A stretch of DNA of 64,000 nucleotides from the human T2T-CHM13v2.0 reference genome, Homo sapiens, in assembly GCF_009914755.1 (NCBI RefSeq), contig NC_060929.1. One strand, 5' to 3'. Shown here one piece after another: positions 42,985 to 56,699 of this stretch. The first letter of the stretch is position 1. Each line of letters starts with the position of its first letter. The notes below the pieces were generated by a model. The model ran no database searches. It was not told the origin of the DNA and was given only the letters and a program-made list of their open reading frames with translations. A program made the position numbers and the translations under genes.

Positions 42985-44105
42985 TGTTGAGAGAGCCTAG
43001 AAACAACAGCATCCCATTTATAATAAACACAGCCAACTTCCAGATCTTAGTTTCTAAAACCATTCCTCAATGAAAGGGACCAACACTCCTTGGAGAAATG
43101 GTTGATTTTAGGTCCAGGGGAGTGGATATTCAAGATAAAACATGGGGCATGCTGTGGAGCCAGAAAGTAGGAAATGCTTAAAAACCAAAATGATGTAACC
43201 ATGTCAAAGGGATACAGGAACCAACTAGAAGAGCTCCTAATGGCCAAAACTGGAATAATTTGAACAGAATCTAAATAAATAATATAGTATTAGGTTATAA
43301 CCCTAAGTGTAAAATAAATGTTCATGAGTTAATATTGACATAACTGAGTGATTGAATAAATAAGTAAATGGGAAAGAGTAGGGAAGTCCATGCAGAAGAA
43401 TGACAAATAATTTACATGGATACCTGCCCTTGAGGAAGTGGAATATAAGTCCCTACTTTTTAAGTGCTAGATGCACAAACTGAATTTTTTTCAAAGAAAT
43501 ATAGCATGGAAGGCCCAGAAAAGAAGAATTTTATAGTTGAAAAACCTGACAATTACTAACTCAGCTAGTTGATAAAGGTTAACCTCAAAATTGTTAAGTC
43601 ATGTTGACAGCGTGTATCCTTGATATAATATGATGAGAAAGAAGCTTTACCTCTGTAAGTCTGCTCCCAAACCCATATTCCTGTCTAACCATGAGAAAAA
43701 CATTAGAGAAACCTCAATGGAAGAACTGTCCTACGAAATACCTGACCAGTATTTATCAAAACTGGTAAGATCATCACAAAAAAGAAAATTTCATCTGGGA
43801 AATTCTAGAGAATCCTAAGGTGACATGATGCTTGAATTATGTGGTAGTAATAATAATATTAGTAATAATAATAATTGGTATTCTAGATGGGATTTTGGAG
43901 AAGAAAAAGGCTTTTGGGTAAAAAGTAAAGATATCTGAAAAAAAAAACTTTAGATAATTCTAGATTTGTTCATGAGTTTTGACAAAAGTACCATAGTAAT
44001 GAAGGTGTTAATAATAGGGTAAACAGCATGAGAAAACAGGAAATTCTGTAATATCTTGGCAACTTTGCTGTAAAAATGAAACATTAAATGTTAAAAATAA
44101 AGACA
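42985..44105 (+). mobile_element. L1MC3/4-type 3' UTR
   Basis: CCAGATCTTAGTTTCTAAAACCATTCCTCAATGAAAGGGACCA..CTCCTTGGAGAAATGGTTGATT..GGATACAGGAACCAAC. Confidence 0.85.
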
Positions 44106-44351
44106 TTTCAAATAAATCAACTAATTATAATGTGTAGACTTAATTTGGATTCTGACTCATAGAAGAGCATACATATGCATATGTGTCTCTGTACATGTAC
44201 TGTATGTATAAATATAAAATATGCAAAGTATATATGCATGACAAACATACACAAACAACTACATTATTAGACAAAGACAAGCAATAATTAAAAATAATTC
44301 CTCAAATCAGTTTTCAAGTTTTCTGATCGTGTACACATATACATATACACA

Positions 44352-44698
44352 TGCTATCGTTTGGTTTGTTTCAGCCAACCAATTCTCACATTGGAAATTT
44401 GATCTCCAGTGTGGTGGAGTTGGGAGGTGGGGCCTAAAGGGAAGGGGAAGGGGCAGATCACTCAGGAATAGACTAAGGATCTCTCTGGGAGTGGGGGGTG
44501 AGTGAGTTCTCACTGTATTATTTCCTGAGAGCTGGTTGTTAGAAAGAGCCTGACACCCCCCTTCTCTCTTTCTCTTGCTTCCTCTTTCACCATGTGACTT
44601 CTGCACACATCATCTCCCCTTCCATCATGAGGGAAGGGAATAGCCTGAGGTCCTAACCAGATGCCCAATCTTGAACCAAATTAGAATAAACCCTATTT
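44352..44698 (+). mobile_element. MSTB/MSTC-like MaLR LTR (3'-truncated)
   Basis: TGCTATCGTTTGG..GTTGGGAGGTGGGGCCTAA..GTGAGTGAGTTCTCAC..GAGAGCTGGTTGTT. Confidence 0.85.
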
Positions 44699-44699
44699 A

Positions 44700-45535
44700 A
44701 CTGACAAATAACTCATGTTTATAATAAATGAAAGAAATTTTAGAAAACAATAAGATAGAAAAATAAACCATTTTTTTTAATTGGAAGAAATTTAAGAGAC
44801 CCTTCACAAACGTAAATATCAAAATAGGCAACAAACATATGAAAGATGCTGTCTTATTAATCAGTAAATTAATCAGACAGGAAATTAAAATATCATTATA
44901 ATACCACCACATGCCTACCTGATTGGTTAAAGGAAAAAGAAATCTGACAGCACCAAGTGTGATGAGAATGTAGAACAATAGGAACACTCACATACTACTT
45001 GAAATAGAATCGATTGGTACTTTGGGAAACAATTTGGTGTATTATCATTTGTAATGGCCAACCCCTGTGCATAACCCAAAGATTTAGCTATAGTAAACAA
45101 CTATAAAACTTGTGATATGTTTGAATAATAAAATATGAACAGAAATGAAGGAACTATAGCTACCTGCAAAGGCATTGTGTAGATCTTAAAAATATAACTG
45201 TGAGCATTATATATTTTGAATGTCAATATATTTTAACATTCAAAAGCAGGAAAAGTTAAAATAGATTGTATAAGCAAACATAATTATATAGACTACTTTC
45301 TAAAAGACAAGGAGATAAAGAGCACAAAATCAAGATATTGATTATAGGTGGGAGGGAAATCATTACAATCAAAGGGTATATAAGGGATTCTGGGCTACAG
45401 GGGCTATTTTCCTAACCCAGGGAATGTTTAGAGGGATGTTTCATGTTTACAACAATTGGCTAAGTTTTAAATTTATTATTTGTGCACTTTTATATATATA
45501 CATTTTATTTCATAATCGTAAAGTGGAAAAATAAG
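44700..45535 (+). mobile_element. L1ME-type 3' end
   Basis: AACAAACATATGAAAGATGCT..CTGACAGCACCAAGTGT..GGAACACTCACATACT. Confidence 0.75.
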
Positions 45536-47624
45536 AATTCCAGAAAGGAATTGGAGCCAGAGAATTTAAGAAGGCTTTCTGCAAAGTAGAATAGAGAAAT
45601 GTGATGGTAGCTAGAGGAGTCCAGAGAGTAGATATTTTAGGATGTGAGAAACTGTATCATGCTTTACATTGATGAGATTTATTCAGTTTCAAATGAATGT
45701 AGCCAGGGAGGTGCCAAGGCTTAGTTTTATACATCCCCTACTAGGTTGCATAAATATGCAAATGACACGACACTCTGAAGTCGGTGTTGACACAGTCTTC
45801 TAAAATGCTGCAACTGTTTACGTGGATATGGTATATTGACATAAATCATCAGTAATATTTTGTTATTCTTATGTTTCCCCTCCATTGTATGAGTAACCCA
45901 GAAGTATAGACATGTGATGGTTATCTATCTATCTATCTACCTATCTGGTTGTTCTGCAGCTGTAGCATGTTGTGTCACTTAAGAGCTGAGTAGATGGAAT
46001 GGGGCGGTGAGCCACATGGAATTCATTTCTATGGCAGAAAATGTAACCACGTTGCCCATAAATGGATCCTCCACCCCTCAATAAATGAGAGTTAGTTCTG
46101 CATGAACTGTTTTCATTTGTTAGCAAGATGACTTAGTAAAATCTTTCAAAATGAAGAGAAAATAAATCATTCCCCTAAGAAAGCAACATATTTTAAGAAT
46201 GAAAATGTTAGACCTTCTCATTTCTTCTCAAATTCTTGGTGATCAACAGAGTATCTGCTGTATGTTTCCTTTGTTCTCTCATTCTGCTGTAGCAGCTCAT
46301 TCTACACAAATATTTATAGGCTTGTAATCCCCTTTTTGCCTACCTCAGTGTAACCTCCTCCTTATTGTCTTCTCTTTATTTAACTAGTCAAAATTATTTC
46401 TGTCAGCACATCTTCTCCTTCCTCACTACATCGATTCCACGTGCATTTAATTCCTTAACAGTTCTTAATAAGTATTAATACTGAAATATTGCAAAATTTC
46501 TAGCGCTTTCCAATTTTTACAATACAAACCTAAATATGAATCTGTAACTGGTATTGGTGAGCCTTTTTAAAGTCTCTTTACTTTAAGGTTTCCTGGACTT
46601 AAAATGTTTGACTTTCATTTTAACCTCTGTGTTTTATAATGTTTTTTGTCGTATGTGTTCCTCTTGATATAATATTTGGAGAGATACTACATTCCGTCTT
46701 TCTTCTCCAATATATCTGCAACACGGCTTCCTTTTTTGCTAAGAAGATCTCAGTGACATTAACAATAAGATGTCTCTTATTTGTAAAGAACCCCCCCCTT
46801 TTTTTTTAATTGGCTTGGTTATGATGACCACAAAGGACAACAAACCTTTATCAGAGTAGCAAAACTATTTTAATCTTAATCACATGGGCAATTGTGAATT
46901 CATGAAACATGAGTGTTACATTTTTTTAAAGGAACAGTAAATTTTCCAAGAGTGAAATAATTACTCACAAAGATCCTTTAGAATAAGAGTTGGTGCCTAC
47001 AAAGAGGCAAAGAGCATTTCCAAAACATTAGCTACAATATATGTTTGATTACACTTTGGCAGCTTTATGTTATTAGTCAGGATGTAAACAGAGCAAAACT
47101 TGATAACATAGAGAAAATAATGCAACTCAGTAATAATGAATTTGTTAAAAAATCAACAGGTCTTTGCCTGAAAATAGTGCAGGGATTGGCAATAGGTAGC
47201 GGAATTACCCAGTAATTATCAGAGCAAAGGGGCATGTTAGATTCCCTCTCTTTGCATTAATATTGTCTCTTTTTGCGAAAGAACTTCAAGCAAGCCCAAG
47301 TGAAATAAAGTAGATTTTTTTAAAGGATTTCTTCCTTTAACCCTCCTCTTGACTCTCTAGTGAGCTGACTAGTAAAATCTAAGCATGGAAATAAATTCCA
47401 ATGGGGATGAATTGATCCACTACTGACTGAAACTAAAGTCACTTTCACCACTTCAGCAGATTAAATGACTGTTTATTGAATTTGGGGTCACTTCGCAGAA
47501 GCTGTTTGACCTCAGGTCTTCTCCATCAGCCTCTCCAGCTGGCTGACAGAATCCCAGAGAAAGCCAGAATGGGAGTTGTTTTTACCTGATGGTTTACACA
47601 GGGTAAACCAAGATTGCAATTTTT

Positions 47625-47815
47625 AAAAAGCCTAGGCTTTAGAATCAGACAGCTGGTTTTAAATCCAGGCCAATTATATCCAACATTATGACCTGAAGCA
47701 GTGACATAATCTGCCTAAATCTGTTTTCTCTTTATTAAATTTGAATCTTCTTCATATGAAATATTATATGGAAAACTTCTAACCCAGTGCCGGATGCAAT
47801 AAGAATAGTCAATTT
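47625..47815 (+). mobile_element. MIR SINE
   Basis: AGGCTTTAGAATCAGACAGCTGGTTTTAAATCCAGGC. Confidence 0.65.
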
Positions 47816-48333
47816 CCATTGTCTTGGTTTTTTGTTGTTGTTATTGCTCCAATTTCATAATACAAAATACATATTCTTCCTGTTGCTGGGCTAAACAGTG
47901 TCCCTTTCGGTAATAAACATGAATTTTGCTTCCTGTAGTTAATACCCTGATTAGTGAGAAACACAAAATGCTTCCAACATTCAGTCTAAATGTTTATCTT
48001 CTTGCCTTAGCCTGAAAGACTAGAATTAAGTCCAACTTCTTCTCCCATCTGCTTCTGGTTCTCTATGCTGTCATAGGTATTGCTATCTGGTGTGTCAGAG
48101 CCAGGGTAACACATCCAAATACTCCCCTAAAATAGACCTGACATTACTTCCACTTATCTCTACGTCCCAAAGGAAGAAGTTATTTTCTCCTTAAGGCCTT
48201 CTTATGATTTTATTGCCAATTATTCCCCATTACACAATGAGCTTGATCGGCTTCCTGCATCCCAATCCAGTAATTATTATGGATCAATGCATTAGAAAAT
48301 GTTCTGACATGCAACAGCCAAATAGCTGCTTAT

Positions 48334-48345
48334 GATGACGTCATC
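48334..48345. promoter_or_regulatory. Perfect palindromic CRE/ATF site GATGACGTCATC
   Basis: Exact TGACGTCA with palindromic extension in repeat-free DNA; function not shown. Confidence 0.4.
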
Positions 48346-50887
48346 TCCATCTTCAGTTTAGTATGGATATTTTTCCATACACATTGCAATGTGAAAATAT
48401 GTAGCCATTCATGTGACCACTACTTTAAGTCCAAAACCAAAATACCACACAATACATTTATTGCATCCTATTAATGTCAGTACATCTTCATATGTAAACT
48501 GAAACTACAAATTCCCAAGTGATCAGCATGTACTTCCCTTCTTCCCATTTCTGTTGAGCTGGAAATGGAAACCATTCCAATAATAATCAGTTGCATAAAA
48601 GCACAACGTATATTCCACAGCTACAAATCAAAGTTATCACCCTCTTCTTCCGATGTCATTTGTTCCAGGCAAATGTGAGTAGGGGGTACTTTGCTGACTG
48701 TTCTTCATTTTAAATTCTCTTCTTCGGGATGGATTCTACCATTTGCCCTTCTTCCTATTTAAACTCTCTTGGGATGGGTCTCTTGCAAGGAAAATTGCTC
48801 TATTCCTGCTAGAAATAAATAGTTTTAATTTTACCTCTTAATCTTCATTTTCACTTTCATCTTGAATTTCCCATTTACAAGTATCTGACTAAATTGATTT
48901 GATGCTTAATGCTTGCCAAACAAATAATGAGGCTCTGAATGAGTCCATATGTAATAAGGCAAGGATTTCATTACTCCCAACATTGCTATAATCAGGCAGT
49001 GATTAAATTATTTCTAAAATTCTTAATACCAATGTGAAAATATGCTAAAGACCCTGAACAATTTAAGCCTTCCCACCATGTTTTGTATCATACATTTCTA
49101 TTTCCAGCAGTTTAACAGGATTTTGCCGGAATTGGCCTGTAAGGGTTTATGCTAATGACAATGGAACGAACTCATCCACAGGTGTCCCTCTTTATCTCAG
49201 CAACATCTTTAAATTCATTTATAAGTTCCATGGTAACAACCCTAAGGACCACCAGCAGGAATGCTGATTAATACTTACTAGAGAAAAACAGACTTAAATA
49301 ATCAAACAATTTGCAAATTGTGGAAACCTAGACAGATGTTCAACTCATGGTTATCTTGTGGGGCAGGAGGGCGGCGCTCTGTACTGAAGAAGTGTCTGCC
49401 TGTTCTTCTTCGTTCTTGGGTAGAGAGAGGCTCAGTTATGTCTTCCAGTCAAGGACACTCAAATCTGTCTCTGGCATAATGGGCATTCCTTCCATTTTGC
49501 AGAAATCAGGATGTGCCCATTGCATCCAAGGGAAATACTTAATTCAGACATCTGAGTTACATTTGCAGTACATTTGGAGTCTGACAATAACAGAACCCAA
49601 GGAATGATTTGCAGCTTTAATGCATGCCTGCAGGATGGTGATATTGATGAGAAATCTGTATTAGAGCACCGTGAATCATCATTAAAAGGCATTTAAAATT
49701 GGCTTGTAAAATATGGTTTTTGCTGCACTCTATGCACTGTCCTGGAAAGATAAAGTAGTGTATTAAAATGATAATATGGATGTTAATAGATATGAAGTCT
49801 TGGCTACTCTATTAGATCAGAATGTGGCAAAACGAACCCCTGCAGTTTACTGTCAAGGTTAGAGGTTCTGTTTTTATTATGGAATCCGTAGGAGGCATTT
49901 GTCAATGGTCTGGAGCCAAAATATAACTTTTCTGGCCACTAAGCTAGCCAGTGGTTCAGAACTTTAGTTTAAAAGGACGCGATGTTCTATAACTATTTCT
50001 GTTGCCTGTAAATTCCATTTGTGGACTTATTATAGGCAGCAAGACTGTTGGATCTGGACAACAAGTAATTTCAGGCTGTGTGAATTCTTAATGTGAAGAC
50101 TTTCTGAACACCGAACCCCCCTCAGTTTTTCAGTATAAAACAGCACAGAAGTTTGGGGTGGGGAGGGCCAGCATGGGGGAGTAGTGTTACTCTGGTGTTA
50201 TTCTAGGGGCTATATCTAGTGCATTGAGATATTTATAATTCTCACTGCAGTCATTGTACATCAAGATAATTTGTATTTAGTGATCAACCTAGCATTTAGT
50301 ATGTAGCATTTATCTTATTAGAGCTACCAATTTAATTATATATGAAAACATTCAAATTAGCAAACATATGAGGGAAAGCTACTTGTGCATGGAAGAACAT
50401 AGGCCTATATTATGGTTAATGTATTTATTCATTAATATAATCATTTTGCAATTTAAGAGAGTTTGGTTCTACCAAAGTATTTTGCTAATGTGGGTTAAAA
50501 TGCCTGTAAGTTTGGATGAGTTTCTGAGCTTTTTCCTGCTCTATTTACATGGTTTTCAGTATCTAATTCTTCCTTCTCATTCATAGTTGTTTAAGCATTT
50601 TCACTTCCTCCAGAGTATCTATTTTGAAATTTTATTCAGCTGGAATATGTTGCTGATTATCATTAAAATATTTTTTTCTAGATTAAGTGGTATTTTTAAT
50701 ATATGTATTTTGGGGCATACATACATATATAATAGTCTTAAGGGATGCTAGATGTCAACATCTTGTCTAACTATAATGTGGCTTCAACAAACAGTTGAGA
50801 CAAAATCCATGGGGAAGTAGAGACTGGTCACATAACATTTCATATTGTGCTCCCTTCAAATTGTTAAGAGAATGTTTTTCTTACCTT

Positions 50888-51293
50888 TGATATGGTTTCG
50901 ATACTTGTCCCCTCCAAATCTCTTGTTGAAATGTGATCGCCATTATTGGAGGTGGGGCCTGGTAGGAGGCGTTAGGGTTATGGGGGAGGATCCCTCCTGA
51001 ATGATTTGTGCCCTCTCCATGGCAATGAATGAGTTCTCACTCTATTAGTTCATGTGAGAGCTGGTGTTTTACAAACCTGGCATCTGTCTTGCTCACTCTC
51101 TTGCCATGTGACCCACCTGTTTCCCCTTCACCTCTGTCATAAGTAAAAGCTTCCTGAGGCCTCACCAGAACCCAAGGAAATGTTGGTACTATGCTTGTAC
51201 AGCCTGCAGAATCATGGGCCAAATAAACCTCTTTTCTTTATAAATCACCCAGTCTCAGGTATTTCTTTATAGAAATGCAAAATGACTAATACA
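50888..51293 (+). mobile_element. MSTA/MSTB MaLR solo LTR with perfect 5-bp TSD
   Basis: TGATATGGTTT..GACTAATACA ends (TG...CA); ACCTT at 50883-50887 and 51294-51298. Confidence 0.95.
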
Positions 51294-51639
51294 ACCTTAC
51301 AAGGTACATCTATTCACTTTGTCTATCAATTGGCTACTCTTACGTTTTATTCAATGTGTCATTTAAAAAAATCATTCTCTGAGGCTGAACTGTATCAAAA
51401 CCAAAACCTGAATTCTGTCAGAGATACTAACTTGTTTCTCTTCCATATTGACATTTGTATACACCTTTTTAATAAAGGATCTATTAATTTGTTACTCTAC
51501 ATCCAGAGTATTTACAGGGGCATTAATTCTTAGTAACATCACACTAGTGGAATAAGAACTGAGTCAGTCCAGGAGACCTAATTTATGGAACTGAAGCTTT
51601 CTGCAGCACTGGAGACTGTATATTTTCTTATTTCACTTA

Positions 51640-53470
51640 ATTTTTAAAGTTCTTCTTCCATCTTAGTGAGTGCCCCTCTAGGTGTTCCTTCTCTTCCCTT
51701 ATAGGACAATGTTCTCAGGATCCTCTCCCAGTCTCTCGCCTTCTCAGTCTGCAGTCACTCCTCACCCACAGGGATAACTGGTGATTCTCTTTTCCTGACT
51801 TCTGTTATGAACTGAAGATACTTTTTTTGTTTTAATTGATACATAATAGTTGTACATTGCTTTACTTAGAAATCTCAATGGTTCTCAAATTCAATGAACC
51901 CCTGATTAAATTAACCGTCTCTCTTCTCCATGACTCTGTTTCTTCCCTCACTCCTTATCGCAAAGCCTTGTAATCTGTATCCCCTAACATGTGTAAACCT
52001 GTCTTCTGCCAATACCCCATTCTTTTGAACTAGCCTGGGTCTCATCACCTCTTGCTTGGACATGTGCCTCAGTTTGATAACTGATTTCTGACCTTTATTC
52101 TCAATATTTTCTTGGCTCTCAGTCATATACGCCTATAGTTATCTATGTAAAGTGAAATTTTTTAGTCCTTATTTTTGACTCTCTATAGCTCATGACAGGA
52201 TTGACTTCTTTCTCTTCCTATTACTCCTTCCTTGGTTCATGGAATAATACTTTCTTTCACTTATCTTCTTACCTCCCTCCCTGCTCCTGCCAGGACTTTT
52301 AATATGTTCCTATGGTTGCCAATTTCATAAACGCTGAAATTGAAATTGATGAATTCAAGCTCCATCTTCATTCCTTATTTCCTTTCATTCTATTTCCTCA
52401 ATCTTGGGCAATTTCCAATACTCCAAAGGCTTCTGTGACCACCCCTTTTTAGTAAATCCCAAATCTATATTTTCTGTCTATATTGAATATCAACTCTCTC
52501 ATAAGTATCTGTCTCTGTTAAAGTATTCTGTGGGAACGTTCCTTTCAGCTTAACACATTCACAACTGAATTCATCATTTTCTTCCAAAGCAGAGCTCTTT
52601 CTTCTGAATTCATCACCGAATGAAAACATAGTCAACCACTGGGCTTGCCAAACCAAAAATCTTGGCATTATCCTTAACTCCTTGTTCTTCACTTCTCACA
52701 TTACCAAGTCCAGTTCCTTCTACTTCCTAAATATCTCTCCAAGCTATACCCACTACCACTATCATAATTAAGATACTCAACCTTTACCAGGATGATTGCA
52801 GCAGGCTTCTACAAAGTGGAACTGATTTCTTTATCTTTTGTTTTACCCCTCAAGCACTTCTCTCTATATATATATGTAGCTAGAGTGATCTTCCTAAGAT
52901 GCAAGTAGGATTATGCTGCTTCTCTGCACAGACCCTTTTTAGATACCCATTACCTTCAAAATAAAGTCTAAACTCCAAAACATGTTTTAATGAGCCCTTC
53001 ACATAATGATTCTCTCTTTCTTTCTCTCTCTGCAGCCAAGTATCTTACTATTTCCCACTTTCCACTGTAAGTCCTTGTCATACTGAACACCTTTTGGTGT
53101 TCTGCATTCCACATGTGTTCTCTCTGCCTTGGTACAATAGGTTTCTATATGCCACTTTCTCTGCCTAGTGCACTCTTCCACCCACAATTCCTTAGCATTT
53201 TACTATGTTGATCTTTCAAGGCTTAGTTTAGAAAACACTTCTTCTGGAGCTCTTCCTCTGACCTTGCCAAGACTTGCTTAGATGCCTTTTTACTGTTCTC
53301 ACAAAATACCTTCGACTTCCCTCTGCAACAGCACTTAATGTATCCAGGTGTGATCACATACTTACCTGCCTGCCCCTTCCCTTGACTGTGATTGCCTTGA
53401 GGGTTGGGCTCTGCTTTTCTTCTGGCAAAGCAGCTGCACAAAATGGGTGCTCAATAGGTGGTTGTGGAAA
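51640..53470 (+). mobile_element. L2 LINE fragments
   Basis: CTAGCCTGGGTCTCATCACCTCTTGCTTGGAC, GCTAGAGTGATCTTCCTAAGATGCAA, tail GGGTGCTCAATAGGTGGTTG. Confidence 0.7.
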
Positions 53471-53515
53471 ACACAAGGGGAGACAGGTTGGAAATATGAT
53501 TAAGATTTCTAATCA

Positions 53516-53823
<308 letters not shown>

Positions 53824-53949
53824 AAGATTTCTAATTATTTGAAGCTTTACAATTTCTCCCCATTATCTTTGAGAGAGGAGCCAAAGTCCTTAGCTCTAAG
53901 TTGGCTATTGTCAATCTCAGCTCCTGTCCCACTCTCGTGGGTTTCTCGT

Positions 53950-54290
53950 TCTTCTACATAAAGTGAACATAGAAGTTTTCATTTATGCTGTGCCCTTTCT
54001 TGCACCTTGAATCTTATCTTTCTGTTATTTTTACTTGCCTTTTATGTATGATTCCAGACTCACCTTAAATGCCACTTCTCCTGCCTTTGCAAGATGGAGT
54101 TTTGTCTGCTTCATAATACTTCCTTAGTGCCCAGCATAGCCTCCTATTGCAACCTTTATTTTATTTTTTTAAATAATTGGCTTGCATGTCTGTATACCAC
54201 TATGCCATGAATTTCTAGGACAAAGTACAGAACATAGCACCCTGGAGATGGTGAGTGTTAAATAAATGCTCATTGGATCATTGAATGAGG
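53950..54290 (+). mobile_element. L2 3' end
   Basis: CTCACCTTAAATGCCACTTCTC..TAAATAAATGCTCATTGGATCATTGAATGA. Confidence 0.55.
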
Positions 54291-54509
54291 AGGGTGATAT
54301 TTCGCTGAGGAGAAGAGTCATTCAATCTAGGTCTAATCTCAAACCACAGATCTTATCTTTAAAATATAAAATAAAAAAAGATATCTAGGAAGATGCCTGT
54401 AAACATGATAGGACACATTTTCTAGAGAAACGAAACTTTCTGCAACTAAAGACTACTTAATATTTGTGTTAGATTGCTGGCCTTTTAACCTGATCACTTG
54501 GGATACCAT

Positions 54510-54715
54510 TTCTTAAGCACTCATGTGCAAGATACTGTGCTAGTAGTTTTAAACAATTCATGTCATTTAATTCTCAAAACTCTAAGATGTAGGCTCAAGC
54601 ATTATACTTTGTTAAGAATAAGAAAAATTAGACCTAGCATGATTAAATACCTTGCCTAAACTCCATCTGCTATTAGCAGAACTAGGACCCAAATCCAGAT
54701 ATGATTATCACTATA
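54510..54715 (-). mobile_element. MIR SINE
   Basis: TGTCATTTAATTCTCAAAACTCTAAGATGTAGG..GATTAAATACCTTGCCTAA. Confidence 0.65.
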
Positions 54716-54853
54716 ACATAAAAAAAAAAAATCTTGGCTCAAAAAAGGGTCTTTTTTTTTTTTTTAACCTAAGGAACAGAAAAAATTTCTGGCATAATGG
54801 TTTGAAATATGATGACCTGTGATCTATCCCCAATTATTATGAATGATTACCTG

Positions 54854-55164
54854 TTTCTTTTTCTTTTTCTTCTTCTTCTTCTTTTTTTTTTTTTTTTTTT
54901 TTTGAGATGGATTCTCACTCTGTCACCCAGGTTGGAATGCAGTGGCGCAATTTTGGCTCAGTGCAACCCCCGCCTCCCAGGTTCAAGCAATTCTTGTGCA
55001 TCAGCCTCCTGAGCAGCTGGGATTACAGGTGCATGCCTGGCTAATTTTTGTATTTGTAGTAGAGGCAGGGTTTCAGGTTGGTCTCGAACTTCTGACCTCA
55101 AGTGATCCACCCGCCTTGGCCTCCCAAAGTGCTGGGATTACAGGTGTGAGGCACCGCACCCGGC
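54854..55164 (-). mobile_element. AluS with two small internal deletions
   Basis: (CTT)n/poly(T) tail and both arms; TSD TTATGAATGAT at 54837-54847 and 55165-55175. Confidence 0.96.
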
Positions 55165-55922
55165 TTATGAATGATGATCTTTAAAACAACCAGTAAAAAG
55201 AACTTTCTAAAGTTTGCACATGCTTCAAAGCCTAGTAAGCAGCAGTGATGATGATAAATACAAGTATAGACCAAGCAAAAGCAAATACTTACCTCCTTTA
55301 TAGTGCCTAGAATAGTGTGCCATTTCCTCTAACTTTTGTTGAATTAATGAATAAGTAAATAAATAAAGAACAGACAGTAGAACAAATCTATAAAATATCT
55401 CCCCCAGAGAACCATATTTCAAATAGGAAAAAAATCAAAAATGGGATAATGGAAAAAATTCAGACAATTGTTATTATATCAAGAGGAGAGTGAACTAGAA
55501 ATTCTGCCACTGTCAATATAGCAGTCTATGGATTGTAGAGAAAACTTCCACAGACCCAAATTGCCCACCAAGTATACCCAGGAGGAGAAAAGGTTTCAAT
55601 CCACTGATAAAGCAAGAATATATCAGGATTTAGAAATTTGAGGTGAATAGGAATGTAGCCCTTCTTCTATAATCACTTTCAGAGCCCTGTGGGCTTTATT
55701 GGGCTACACAGCTGCAAAGTCCAAATCAGTTGCTTGGTGGATGGGTACCTCCTATAGCACACAACTGGGGAATTGGCAAATATTTTAATTTTAGGTCATT
55801 GTCTAGAAATTACATTTTGTAAAAATCACCTGTCTAGTAACAGAGATAGTGCTATCACAGCTCCAAATGTTGTTGGTATGGTAAAAGTAGTAGAACTTGG
55901 AATAGTAAAAAGCTCTGTGTTA

Positions 55923-56240
55923 TAGAAAGTAGATTAGAGACTACTAGCGGTTGGGAGGAGAGGGAAATGGAGAGTATTATTTAATGGGTTTGGAGTTTCT
56001 GTTTGGGTGATGAAAAGTTTGGAATATAAGGAAAGAGTTATGGTTGTACAACATTGTGCTGTAATTAATGACATTGAATTGTATATTTTTAGATGGCAAA
56101 CATGACAAGCTTTTTAATATGTATTTCACCACATTATAAAGAAACCTAATTACATAATATAACCAAAACCATTGAATTGTATAATTTAAATGGAAGAAGT
56201 GTAGGGATTGAACTATATTTCAATAAAGCTGTTAAAAAAT
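55923..56240 (+). mobile_element. L1MB-type 3' end with TSD
   Basis: AGAAAGTAGATTAG..TTTAATGGGT..GAGTTTCTGTTTGGG..TCAATAAAGCTGTTAAAAAA; AGCTCTGTRTTA at 55911-55922 and 56241-56252. Confidence 0.85.
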
Positions 56241-56245
56241 AGCTC

Positions 56246-56683
56246 TGTATTAATTTCCTAGAGGTGCTATAGCAATTTACCACAAACTAGGTGGCTTAAA
56301 ACAATGTAAATTAATTCTTTTGAAGTTCTGGAGACTAGACATCTGAAACTAAGATGCTGGCAGAGCTACACTCCCTCTGAGGTTCTAGGGAAGAATCCTT
56401 TATTGCCTTTTCATAGCTTCTTGTAGCTCCTGGCTTTCCTTGGCTTGTGGCTGCATCACTCCAATCTCTACCTTCATATTGTCTTCCTTTCTGTCTGGCT
56501 TATCTTCTGTCTTTGTAAAGACACTTTTTTTTTTTAATTTATAGCTTACTTGCTTAATTCAGGATAATCTTATCTTGAGATCCATAATTACATTTTCAGA
56601 GACTCTTTTATTCAAAAAGGGTCACATTTGCAAGTTTCAGGACATGGTCATATCTTTTAGGGGCCACTGTTCAACCCACTACA
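56246..56683 (-). mobile_element. MLT1C-like MaLR solo LTR
   Basis: TGTATTAATTTCCTAG..TACCACAAACTAGGTGGCTTAAAACAA..TTCAACCCACTACA. Confidence 0.9.
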
Positions 56684-56699
56684 AGTGCCCACCCTCAGT

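Noticed and set aside
49358-49380. Possible CTCF site
   Set aside because: Several mismatches at core positions of CCASYAGRKGGC
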